A stretch of 56,491 nt of DNA, taken from IMG/VR virus record IMGVR_UViG_3300048834_000448, positions 1-56,491 of that record; one strand, 5' to 3'. A model generated the notes under the pieces. The model worked only from the letters and a program-made list of their open reading frames with translations, made no database searches and was not told where the DNA came from. Of the stretch, positions 45,476 through 54,588 are shown one piece after another. This DNA is from a virus (taxonomy: Duplodnaviria; Caudoviricetes). How positions within the stretch are numbered: the first letter of the stretch is position 1; the number at the start of each line of letters is the position of its first letter. The position numbers were made by a program, and so were the translations under genes.

Positions 45476-48127
45476 GTGTCTCCGACCTGCTGGGAGTCCT
45501 CGATGCCCTTGCCCTCGTATGGCGTAGCACCACGCGCCCAATTTGATGGTTGCGACAACGAGGAGCACCTTCTGTCCGTGCCCAGGATGGCGATGGCCTC
45601 GTTCGAGGACGCCTTCCTCCGCCCGTGGCTGACGGACGCGCACTTCGTCTGCTACGCCCCGCATGGGACGCCTGACGACCTGCACCCGTTCCCCCGCATC
45701 AACAAGCCCGCCCTGAGCAAGGTCCGCGAGCACGGCATCGAGTTGATGTCGCACACGATCGCTCTGGATTGGGACACCCCCGAGCACCTGCCTTGGGCGA
45801 AATCGAAGAGCACCTTCGACGATTTCCTCGCGTCGTTTGAGCGGGCTTGCATCGCCTGCCCGATGCTGGCCTCCCCGAATGTCCTGTACACGACGCGGGC
45901 TGGGGTGCGGCTCGTCTACATCCTCGATACGCTGACGCCGGTGGACCAGATCGAGGCGCACCACAGGTGGCTCGTTCACGAGTGTCGAGCGGCCGGCTTC
46001 ATGGTCGATGAACTGGTGGATTGGACCCGTCTCTTCCGCCTGCCGATGGTGGAGCGAGACGGAGAGCCCACCTACACCGATCCCGCCTACCTGATCATGG
46101 TCGATGAGCGTGTCCGCCTCCCCGTCGCCCAGATGGGTCAGGCGTCGAAGGGCTCAGGCCCGCAGGTCTACGGACCCATCCGGCACTTCGACGAGGATCA
46201 GCCCTCCCCCGAGGAGGCCCGGGAACTGATCGAGACGATCGTTGATGGCCGAGCGAGGATGACCGAGTGGCTCAAGGAGGCCCGCCGCCGCCTGAAGGGC
46301 CGCGAGTCGTGGGAGGTGCTCTTCGAGCACAAACCCCTCGCGCCCGAGGGCCAGCGAGACTCAACGATCCACGCCCTCGTGGGTCAGGTCGTGGCGATGG
46401 TCTACTCCATCGAAGGCACGACGCCTCAGCACATCTACGGGCTGTTCCTCCCCGCCGTCGAGCAACTCGAACCCGACGCGCAGACACCGGACTGGACCGC
46501 CGTGCTTTGGTCGGCGGTCGGACGCCTCTGGGTCAAGGAAGAGGCCAAAGAACACACAGCGAAAGAGAAAGAGCGGGAGCAGTTGGTGAAGCGGCGACGC
46601 TCCGCCGATGTGATCGTGAACGGAATGCTCGAATGGTGCGAGCATGAGGGCCTGTACCAAGACGACATCGACGCGAGGATCTGGGCCGAGGGGCACTTCA
46701 TCGCATCGACAGGCAACAACTACTACCTTATCAATCCCGATGGCACTTTCCGGGCACAGTCTTACTCGCCGTCGCAGTTGATCTCCGCCATCCGCAAGCA
46801 CATCCCCGAGATGATACCGACCAAGCAGCAAGGTGAGGACGGGGCGTGGCGAGAGATCCCGGTGCAGACCCTCGTGAATCGCTACGCCACCGTAGTGAAC
46901 TCTGTTGAGTACAAGCCGGGGTTGGAGAAGGGCTACATCAAGGACATCGACGGACCCAACGCCACCTTGATGCTTCCGTGCTACACGCTGAATAAGCGAC
47001 TCCTGCCGACCTACGACTCTGAGGTTGATGATTGGCTGAAGACGATGTTCGGCCAAGGGTACAAGGATGTCTGCCGATGGATCGCGTGGGCTCTCGCGTT
47101 TGATGAGGGCGACATCTGCGCCCTGTCGGTCGTGGGCTCGCCAGGAGCAGGCAAGAAACTCCTCGTGCAGGGCCTCGCGGAATGCCTCACCTCGCCCGAC
47201 CTCGCGACCGACAAGGATCTCGTGGGCTCGTACCAGTACGGTCTCCTTCGCAGCCCGTTCCTCAGTGTCAACGAAGGGTGGACCACGGGCTTCGGAGGGA
47301 AGCACGCCGCCGATCGCTTCCGCGAGATCGTCTCGGGTGACTACATCGAGGTCGATCGCAAGTACAAAGAGCCCGTGCGAATCAAGTCTTCGATGCGCGT
47401 GATCTTCACCGCCAACAATCTCGAAGTCATCCGGATGCTGGCGGACAAGCGAGACCTGACCGAGGCCGACCGCGAGGCGTTGGCCGTGCGGCTCATGCAC
47501 TTCGATGTCGGGGAGCGAGCGAGCAACTGGCTGCGGGTCAAGGGCGGCATGGCGTTCACCGCGAAGGAAGGCCGACGCTGGATCTCCCCGCCCGGTGGAG
47601 GCGAGAGCGACTTCATCGTGGCCAAGCACTTCCTGTGGTTGCATCAGAACCGCCATCAGTACAAGAAGGACGCGAGATTGCTGGTCGAAGGCAGCGGCGC
47701 GAAGGATCTCATGTTCGAGATGCAGACCCAGGTGGGATCTTCCCCGCTGGTGATCGAGACGATCCTGAACATGCTGGACCGCCGCGAGACAATCGACGGG
47801 CTGGTGATCCGCCAGAAGCACGAGGTCTTCGTCACGACCCATGCGGTGGTCGAATACTTCCGCACTCACCTGAGCGGTAAGGTCAGGGACAACCTGACCA
47901 CCCACAAGGTCGCCTCCGTGCTGCAAGGTCTTGTCAAGGAAGACGCGAAGTATCCCTTCGTCATCGAGGGCCACCCCAAAGCCGGTCGCCGACGCTGGCA
48001 CAAGTTGGATGTCCACAAGATCCTGGCGGCGGGCGAAAGGCACGGATTCAGATCCGAGAGACTTGAAAAGATCACTGAAGAAGATATTATGATGCGAGCG
48101 ATGAAGGGCATCCTCCTAGACGACTGA
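45476..48127 (+). CDS. Primase-helicase (AEP-like primase plus D5/SF3-like NTPase)
   Basis: IALDWD, YTTRAGVRLVY and DWTRLFRLP; GSPGAGKK Walker A, VNEG, IFTANN; start may be 45503. Confidence 0.8.
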   Translation: MSPTCWESSMPLPSYGVAPRAQFDGCDNEEHLLSVPRMAMASFEDAFLRPWLTDAHFVCYAPHGTPDDLHPFPRINKPALSKVREHGIELMSHTIALDWDTPEHLPWAKSKSTFDDFLASFERACIACPMLASPNVLYTTRAGVRLVYILDTLTPVDQIEAHHRWLVHECRAAGFMVDELVDWTRLFRLPMVERDGEPTYTDPAYLIMVDERVRLPVAQMGQASKGSGPQVYGPIRHFDEDQPSPEEARELIETIVDGRARMTEWLKEARRRLKGRESWEVLFEHKPLAPEGQRDSTIHALVGQVVAMVYSIEGTTPQHIYGLFLPAVEQLEPDAQTPDWTAVLWSAVGRLWVKEEAKEHTAKEKEREQLVKRRRSADVIVNGMLEWCEHEGLYQDDIDARIWAEGHFIASTGNNYYLINPDGTFRAQSYSPSQLISAIRKHIPEMIPTKQQGEDGAWREIPVQTLVNRYATVVNSVEYKPGLEKGYIKDIDGPNATLMLPCYTLNKRLLPTYDSEVDDWLKTMFGQGYKDVCRWIAWALAFDEGDICALSVVGSPGAGKKLLVQGLAECLTSPDLATDKDLVGSYQYGLLRSPFLSVNEGWTTGFGGKHAADRFREIVSGDYIEVDRKYKEPVRIKSSMRVIFTANNLEVIRMLADKRDLTEADREALAVRLMHFDVGERASNWLRVKGGMAFTAKEGRRWISPPGGGESDFIVAKHFLWLHQNRHQYKKDARLLVEGSGAKDLMFEMQTQVGSSPLVIETILNMLDRRETIDGLVIRQKHEVFVTTHAVVEYFRTHLSGKVRDNLTTHKVASVLQGLVKEDAKYPFVIEGHPKAGRRRWHKLDVHKILAAGERHGFRSERLEKITEEDIMMRAMKGILLDD

Positions 48128-48144
48128 GACAAGGACGATAGACA

Positions 48145-48966
48145 ATGAACATGGAAACAATCCCCGTGCTCGACCACGGCGAGGTCGAGTACATCGACAG
48201 CATGGGCTCTGACCTGAGCATCGTGCGAGCGGCCAAGGTCTCCTACGGGACCGGGCAGCCGGACCCCTCTCCCGAGGAACAGCGTCGGCTGATCCGCTAC
48301 CTCATGCGGCACCGCCACACCTCGCCGTTCGAGATGGCCGAGGTGCAGATCCGCCTGAAGATGCCGATCTTCGTCGCTCGCCAGTGGGTGCGTCACCGCA
48401 CCGCCAGCATCAACGAGGTCAGCGCACGCTACAAGGAAGTGCCCGATGACTATCACATGCCCGAGGTTTGGCGAGGGCAGGCCAAGATCAACAAGCAAGG
48501 CAGCGAGGGCGTTGTCACTCACGGCATAAAGTTGTTCTACGGGGCAAAAGTAGATTTTGTGGCGGAGGAAGCAGCGTTTGCCGAATATCAAGGCCGACTC
48601 GCTTCTGGTGTCGCCCGCGAGCAAGCACGCGGCTGTCTGCCCCTCTCCACCTACACCGAGTTCGTGTGGAAGATGGACCTGCACAACCTCATGCACTTCC
48701 TCAAACTCCGCCTCGACTCGCACGCGCAGGAAGAGACCCGATTGTTCGCTCAGGCGGTCGCTAGCATCGTCAAGCAACTCTTCCCGATCTCGTGGGAGGC
48801 GTTCGAGGATTACTCACTGAACGCCATCACTCTTTCCGTAGAAGATCAGCGAAGGTTGTCTTCCCTTCTCTCTGGCGATCCTTCTAAGTATTCCAATCCG
48901 GGCGACCTGAACTGCTCCGAGCACCGCGAGTTCGAGGCCAAAGTCGAGAAGATGCACCATGCCTGA
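48145..48966 (+). CDS. thyX: Flavin-dependent thymidylate synthase
   Basis: HTSPFE, RQWVRHRTASINEVSARY, LRLDSHAQEE. Confidence 0.96.
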   Translation: MNMETIPVLDHGEVEYIDSMGSDLSIVRAAKVSYGTGQPDPSPEEQRRLIRYLMRHRHTSPFEMAEVQIRLKMPIFVARQWVRHRTASINEVSARYKEVPDDYHMPEVWRGQAKINKQGSEGVVTHGIKLFYGAKVDFVAEEAAFAEYQGRLASGVAREQARGCLPLSTYTEFVWKMDLHNLMHFLKLRLDSHAQEETRLFAQAVASIVKQLFPISWEAFEDYSLNAITLSVEDQRRLSSLLSGDPSKYSNPGDLNCSEHREFEAKVEKMHHA

Positions 48967-50965
48967 AACCGAAGCCAAAGTCCACTGGAAAGAGAAGAGG
49001 AAGCGGAAGGAGATCCGCACCTCTGCCTCTCAGCACGAGACCTTCGATTCCTGCGCCCGCAAGTGGTGGCTGTCGAAGGTTCGCGGGCTCGATGTCTTCC
49101 AGTCCACGCACGCTCAGGTCTTCGGCACCGTGCTCCACGCCGTCTGCGAGCGATTCCTTCTCGCCGACGATCTCGGTCGCGACGACAGGGGCGAGCCCGT
49201 GGACCTCTACCCCGAAGGATGGCACATCGCCACCAATGACTACACGGGCGAGGTGGACGGGGAGATCAACCCGGCAGAGCAGGACCAGATCAAGCGACTC
49301 GTGGCCAAGGCCATCGAGTCCGGCGTACTCGAACGCAAGCCAGGCCGCGAGGTCGAGAAGGCGTTTCGTCGCCCGATCCTCAATGTCAACGGCACAAACA
49401 TCCAGATGGAGGGGTTCATCGACCTCGTGTGCGTTGAGTCCGCATTGGTCGAGGACCACAAGACCAGCAAGAATCCTCGCTACTTCAAGTCTCCCAACAA
49501 ACTCCGGGAGAACTTGCAGATGCTCATCTATGCGAAGCAAGTCCTCCACGAGCGACGCGAGCGAGGGCTTCCCGACCCGCCGCAGATCACCCTTCGGCAC
49601 AACCAGTATTGCACCGACCTCGCCACCCCGGTCGTCCGCAAGACCGAGTGCTCCATCACCCCCGAGGAAGTCGATCGGGAGTGGGAGCAGAAGGTCATCG
49701 AGAACGCCCGCAAGATGGAGAAGTACCGCAGAGAAGCGGATCGGTGGAGCGACATCCCCGAGCCCAAGGATCTGTCCAAGGCGTGCAACTCGTATGGCGG
49801 CTGCAAGTTCGCCACGATCTGCTTTGGGCAGGCAACCGAAGATTCTTTTGAGAAGAGACTGGAAGAGAGCAAAGCAGGGGAATACACTCCCCTGACGGTA
49901 AACGCATCCCTCTATGACGAGAAAGGACAGATTTCGATGAGCAGCCTCAAAGAACGCATGGCCCAGATGAAGAAGAACCAGCAGGATGTCGCCGCCGCTG
50001 TGAGCGACGCTCCCCCGGCGAACATCAATCCTCCCGCCCCTCCCCAGCAGCCCGCCGCTGCGGCTGCCCCGGCTCAGGCGAAGGTCGCCCCTGCGGCTAC
50101 GGCCACTATGACCGGGGCTCTTCCCGCGACGCTGGATCTGACCAACCTCGGCACCGCGAAGGACGGCACGCCTCTGGTCGTCCCGCCGTGGGTCGATGCG
50201 GCCAACCCCGCCTCGAATGTGAACAACGGTCTGGGCCTCAATGAGCAGGGCGGGCCGGACGCGATCAGCAACTTCAAGGCCCGGCAGCGTGGCCTGCCCA
50301 CCGCAGACCAGTTCGACCTCGAAGTGTTCGGCGAAGGTCTGGTCATCTGGACCGGCAAGGACGGCACCCCGTTGGCCGGGCAGCAGGGCGTCAGCCCCTT
50401 CAGCCTCGCGGCCATTGCGGGCAATGAGGTCGCTCAGGAGCGTGTCGCTCCCCCGGCTGCCTCGAAGCCCGTCCAGCAGCCTGCGAAGGCACCTGAGCCC
50501 GCTCCTGCCCCGGAGCCGGAGCCCGAGCCCGAGCCCGAGCCCGAGCCGGACGACAGCGAGATGACCTCCTCGGAAGACGAACTCGCGGAGGCCGCCAAGG
50601 CCAAGGCCAAGGGAGGCCGTCCGAAGAAGGGGTTTATCTTCGCCATCAACTGCTACGCATCCCCCGAGGCGTTCACCCGTGGATCGGGCTACAAGGCCCA
50701 CGACCTCCACGGCTGTCTCGAAGAGGTCAAGGAACTCATCCTCTCCAAGCACCGCGAGACCCGCAAGGACATCAACGCCTTCGAGGAACTCGACCCCTTC
50801 CGCCGCCGCGATGAAGTGGCGTCCTACGCCCGCAGCCTCATGGAGCGGTTCGGTTCTGACATCGTGATCGTCACCGGCGTCGGCACCGGAGCGTGCGAGA
50901 TGAAGTCTCTCGTGGATGCGCTGAAGCCCCTCGCGTCGGTTGTCCTCGCTCCGGTGAGTTGCTGA
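48959..50965 (+). CDS. PD-(D/E)XK exonuclease (RecB/Cas4-like) with a long Pro/Ala-rich C-terminal extension
   Basis: SASQ..TF..CARKW, GTVLH, GFIDL, EDHKT, QMLIY and C..YGGC.F...C. Confidence 0.85.
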   Translation: MPETEAKVHWKEKRKRKEIRTSASQHETFDSCARKWWLSKVRGLDVFQSTHAQVFGTVLHAVCERFLLADDLGRDDRGEPVDLYPEGWHIATNDYTGEVDGEINPAEQDQIKRLVAKAIESGVLERKPGREVEKAFRRPILNVNGTNIQMEGFIDLVCVESALVEDHKTSKNPRYFKSPNKLRENLQMLIYAKQVLHERRERGLPDPPQITLRHNQYCTDLATPVVRKTECSITPEEVDREWEQKVIENARKMEKYRREADRWSDIPEPKDLSKACNSYGGCKFATICFGQATEDSFEKRLEESKAGEYTPLTVNASLYDEKGQISMSSLKERMAQMKKNQQDVAAAVSDAPPANINPPAPPQQPAAAAAPAQAKVAPAATATMTGALPATLDLTNLGTAKDGTPLVVPPWVDAANPASNVNNGLGLNEQGGPDAISNFKARQRGLPTADQFDLEVFGEGLVIWTGKDGTPLAGQQGVSPFSLAAIAGNEVAQERVAPPAASKPVQQPAKAPEPAPAPEPEPEPEPEPEPDDSEMTSSEDELAEAAKAKAKGGRPKKGFIFAINCYASPEAFTRGSGYKAHDLHGCLEEVKELILSKHRETRKDINAFEELDPFRRRDEVASYARSLMERFGSDIVIVTGVGTGACEMKSLVDALKPLASVVLAPVSC

Positions 50966-50967
50966 AC

Positions 50968-51483
50968 ATGAAGAGCACAAACCGAAAAGATCGAAACATC
51001 AAGGGGATGCTGACTTACGGTATGTTGGGTGTCTTTTTGACCGCTATGACCTTCGCCTTGGCGTATCCGATCTACTCGGATCTTCGCGAAGCCTATGGAT
51101 ATGAGAAATTCCGTCGAGACGAGATAATTCAGACCTTGGAGGAGATGAACGCTCCTCCGCTCTGGGAAGCCATCGTCATGGTGGAGTCAGGCGGGGACCT
51201 GAATGCCGTCGGCCAAGACGGCGAACTCGGGCCGATGCAGATTCGCCCGATCATGGTCGAGGAGGTCAATCGCGTCAGCGGCAAGAGATTCACTCTTGAA
51301 GATCGAACTTCAATGCAAGAGTCAATCCGCATGTTCGAGACCTACACGACCTATTGGAACGCCGTCACCAAGGACAACTCCCTTGAAGGGGCGGCAAGGC
51401 GATGGAACGGCGGGCCTCTGGGCCACCGCAAGGATTCGACCCTCCCTTACTGGGAGAAGGTCAAGGCTCAGTTGGAACGATGA
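50968..51483 (+). CDS. Membrane-anchored lysozyme/transglycosylase-like protein
   Basis: N-terminal TM; AIVMVESGG, GPMQI, ARRWNGGP and YWEKV. Confidence 0.75.
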   Translation: MKSTNRKDRNIKGMLTYGMLGVFLTAMTFALAYPIYSDLREAYGYEKFRRDEIIQTLEEMNAPPLWEAIVMVESGGDLNAVGQDGELGPMQIRPIMVEEVNRVSGKRFTLEDRTSMQESIRMFETYTTYWNAVTKDNSLEGAARRWNGGPLGHRKDSTLPYWEKVKAQLER

Positions 51484-53630
51484 TCGAGCCCGGCGAGGGA
51501 GACTTCGCCGGTTTCTTTATGAGCATGGAACGCTTGAGAAAACTGAAAGAGAACCAGTCTCTCTTCGCACCGAAGGAAGTGATCCACGAGCCGGTCACTC
51601 CGATGGCGAAGTTGGCTATGAAGCAGGCGTTCGCCGACTCCCCGGACGGCAAGAAGATCCGCTACGCCGAGGTAGACCGCATCGCGGCCCTCGCCGTCAC
51701 CTGCGAGATGTCCCCCGCCGAGGTCGATGAATACTCCAAGGAGACCATGCTGGCCGAGGCGTACAACGCCGGAGCAAGGCTCTTCCCGACCCAGGCCAAC
51801 GCCAACTACTCCGTCCGCATGTACGAGGGCTTGCTAGGTCCGATCGGCGTGGGTTGGGGGAAGACCCTCATCAACCTGATGACCGCTCATTGGGCGTACA
51901 ACAACGGCCACGATCACATGATGCTCATGCTGCCCCCGGAGGTGCTGACCCAGTTGGTCGGGACCGACATCGCGTGGGCTCGCAAGCGGGTGCCTCTCGG
52001 GTTCCCGATCCATGTGCTCGGCGGCAAGCCGATGGTCTACCGCAGGGCGTTGGCGAAGTCTCGCAAGAAGGGCCTGTACATCATGCCCTACTCCCTCCTG
52101 TCTCAGAAGGACGGAGAAGAGAACCTCTTCGAGATTGATCCCACGATCATCATGCTCGACGAGGCCCACCGCGTCGCCCGCGAGACCGCCGCACGCGCCA
52201 AGCGGATCATGCGGTTCCTCGAAGAGAAGAACCCCAAACTCACCGCGGTGTCCGGCACGATCACCAGCAAGTCCGTCATGGACTACTACCCGCTCGCCAG
52301 GGCCGCCCTGAAGCAGAACTGCCCGCTGCCGCTGACATCCTCCCTCGCCCGCGAGTGGGGTGCCATCATCGACGCGACGGCTGACGACTGGGAAGAGCGT
52401 CCCGGGGAGATCCGCTCAGGTGCAGGCCCCATCGAACCCCTCGTGCTCTGGGCGCGTCGCAAGTTCCCCGACCACGACATCCCCACCTCCCGCGACGGAT
52501 TCCGCGACGCATACCGCCTGCGGCTGACGACCTGCCCCGGCGTGGTGACATCAGGCGACGCCGACATCGCGTGCTCTCTGCTGATCCACAACATTCCGGT
52601 GAAGAAGTATCAGGAGAGGAAGGGCTGGAAGGAACTGAAAGAACTGATCGACAAGATCGAGTTGATGTGGCTCACGCCCAACAACGATGAGATCGACTGC
52701 GCGATCCACAAGTGGAAGTGGCTCTACGAACTCTCTGCGGGCTTCTACAACGAGTTGGTCTGGCCCGAAGTCCCCGACCTCGCGAAGCAGAAGACCATCC
52801 GCGAGAACGAGGCCGAAGACCTTCTGAAGATCTCGCAGGACCACCACGCCCTCGGGCAGATCTACCACAAAGAGTTGCGGATGTGGCTTGAGACTTATTC
52901 GAGGATCAACCTCGACTCGCCCATGCTCGTCGGTGCCGACATGGCCCGCAACGGCGATAAGAATGTTGGCACGAGTCTGTACCTCGCGTGGAAAGAGTGG
53001 AAGGACGCCGATTTCGAGGGCCGCGTCGAGCGAGACTCCCGCGCCGTCCGGGTGTGCGACTTCAAGATCCACGCGGCAACCGAGTGGGCCAAGTCCCTGC
53101 CCAAGGACGAGGGTGCGGTGCTCTGGGTCTGGAACAAGGAGATCGGCAGGTGGCTCTACGACTATCTGCTGGCGGCGGGGCTGGACGCCCTACACGCTCC
53201 CGCCGGGGCCAACGAGGCGATCACGGACCCCGCGAACGGCAAGAAGAAAATCGTGGCGTCCTTGACTTCACACGGAACGGGTAAGAACCTTCAGCACTTC
53301 CAGAACCAGTGTATGCTTCAGTGGCCCCGCCCGGCCAAGACCGCCGAGCAGTTGCTAGGCCGACTGCACCGCAACGGCCAGCAGGCTGACGAGATCGCGG
53401 CGGTGACTTTCAATACCTTGGAGCAGGACGATGTGAACTTCGCCGCTTGCCTGAACGACGCCCTCTACATACACTTGACGACCGGCGTTCGCCAGAAGAT
53501 GATCTACGCATCCTACAACCCCATGCCCGTGATCTTCCCACCCGCTGTACTAAAGAGACGAGGCATGGAGAATGTGCGGATGCTGAACGAAGAGCAAGAA
53601 GCGTTCCGTAGAGAACGATTTGGTGTTTGA
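51480..53630 (+). CDS. SF2 (SNF2-like) helicase
   Basis: GVGWGKT, LDEAH, SGT, GTGKNLQ and EQLLGRLHR. Confidence 0.88.
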   Translation: MIEPGEGDFAGFFMSMERLRKLKENQSLFAPKEVIHEPVTPMAKLAMKQAFADSPDGKKIRYAEVDRIAALAVTCEMSPAEVDEYSKETMLAEAYNAGARLFPTQANANYSVRMYEGLLGPIGVGWGKTLINLMTAHWAYNNGHDHMMLMLPPEVLTQLVGTDIAWARKRVPLGFPIHVLGGKPMVYRRALAKSRKKGLYIMPYSLLSQKDGEENLFEIDPTIIMLDEAHRVARETAARAKRIMRFLEEKNPKLTAVSGTITSKSVMDYYPLARAALKQNCPLPLTSSLAREWGAIIDATADDWEERPGEIRSGAGPIEPLVLWARRKFPDHDIPTSRDGFRDAYRLRLTTCPGVVTSGDADIACSLLIHNIPVKKYQERKGWKELKELIDKIELMWLTPNNDEIDCAIHKWKWLYELSAGFYNELVWPEVPDLAKQKTIRENEAEDLLKISQDHHALGQIYHKELRMWLETYSRINLDSPMLVGADMARNGDKNVGTSLYLAWKEWKDADFEGRVERDSRAVRVCDFKIHAATEWAKSLPKDEGAVLWVWNKEIGRWLYDYLLAAGLDALHAPAGANEAITDPANGKKKIVASLTSHGTGKNLQHFQNQCMLQWPRPAKTAEQLLGRLHRNGQQADEIAAVTFNTLEQDDVNFAACLNDALYIHLTTGVRQKMIYASYNPMPVIFPPAVLKRRGMENVRMLNEEQEAFRRERFGV

Positions 53631-53665
53631 GTTTGACAGTGTTAGAAGCATGAAAGGAGATTGTC

Positions 53666-54214
53666 ATGGGTAAGAGTTTGTTTTCCAGTGTTGACCCTCA
53701 GAAGATCAGCGTCGGTGCCAATTACATGAAGGCTGGCGAGTATTGGGCGCGCATCGACAAGACGCTCGTGACCAAGAATCGCAAGGGCGAAGACATCGCG
53801 GTGATCGAAACCACGATCGTCCGAACCTTCGGAGAGTGTCAGAACAGAGTCGGTGAGACTGTGGCCAAGGTCGTGAAGGAGAAGGGCGACTACTTCTTCA
53901 ACGATACCGCCGCGTTCGCGTGCGCTATGCTCGGCGAGAACCCCAAGTCCATGAGTAAGGCCGACCTCGAAGAGTTGCTCGCGGGCACCTTCGAGGCAGC
54001 GGACGGTCGCGGCCCCTTCACAGGGCTCGTGGTCCATGTCGTCGCCACGGACACGAAGACCAAGACGGGCGGAGACTTCACCAGGATCGACTGGAAGGGC
54101 GAGGTCAACCCCAACAAGGTCATCGAGACCCTGAAGCCCGAAGATGTCTCTCGCTTCTGGCCCAACGGTGAACTCGCTGTCTTTGCCTCTAAGCCTGAGT
54201 ATCAGGCGGCCTAA
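53666..54214 (+). CDS. Hypothetical replication-module protein (SSB-like candidate)
   Basis: SD AAAGGAG; beta-rich; lies between helicase and polymerase. Confidence 0.6.
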   Translation: MGKSLFSSVDPQKISVGANYMKAGEYWARIDKTLVTKNRKGEDIAVIETTIVRTFGECQNRVGETVAKVVKEKGDYFFNDTAAFACAMLGENPKSMSKADLEELLAGTFEAADGRGPFTGLVVHVVATDTKTKTGGDFTRIDWKGEVNPNKVIETLKPEDVSRFWPNGELAVFASKPEYQAA

Positions 54215-54331
54215 CAGACGGCACCCAAGGGGCGCGGTCTAACGACCGCGTGAGGCTAGCCGGACTGTTCATCGGGGCGATCTACGCATCGACCCCTACA
54301 AAGCCTGCTCCGGGCGTAAAACGGAGCAATT

Positions 54332-54398
54332 GCCTCTGTCGTCTAAGTAAGACCAAGAGACTCTTTCTGAAATCTCGGTGCGAGTCCGAGCAGAGGCA
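54332..54398 (+). ncRNA. tRNA-like element with an aberrant anticodon arm and T-loop
   Basis: Acceptor GCCTCTG/CAGAGGC-A; D arm GTCT/AGAC; T arm CTCGG-TGCGAGT-CCGAG. Confidence 0.6.
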
Positions 54399-54401
54399 TT
54401 A

Positions 54402-54475
<74 letters not shown>

Positions 54476-54588
54476 TTTGCCGCCTGCTCCTTACAGGCGA
54501 GCGTCCCGCCGTCAGACACCCTTGACGGTCTCTCGGAAATACGCGCCGAGAGTTATCCCGGTGGCGGGGACGCCTGCCGCCGGGGTTT

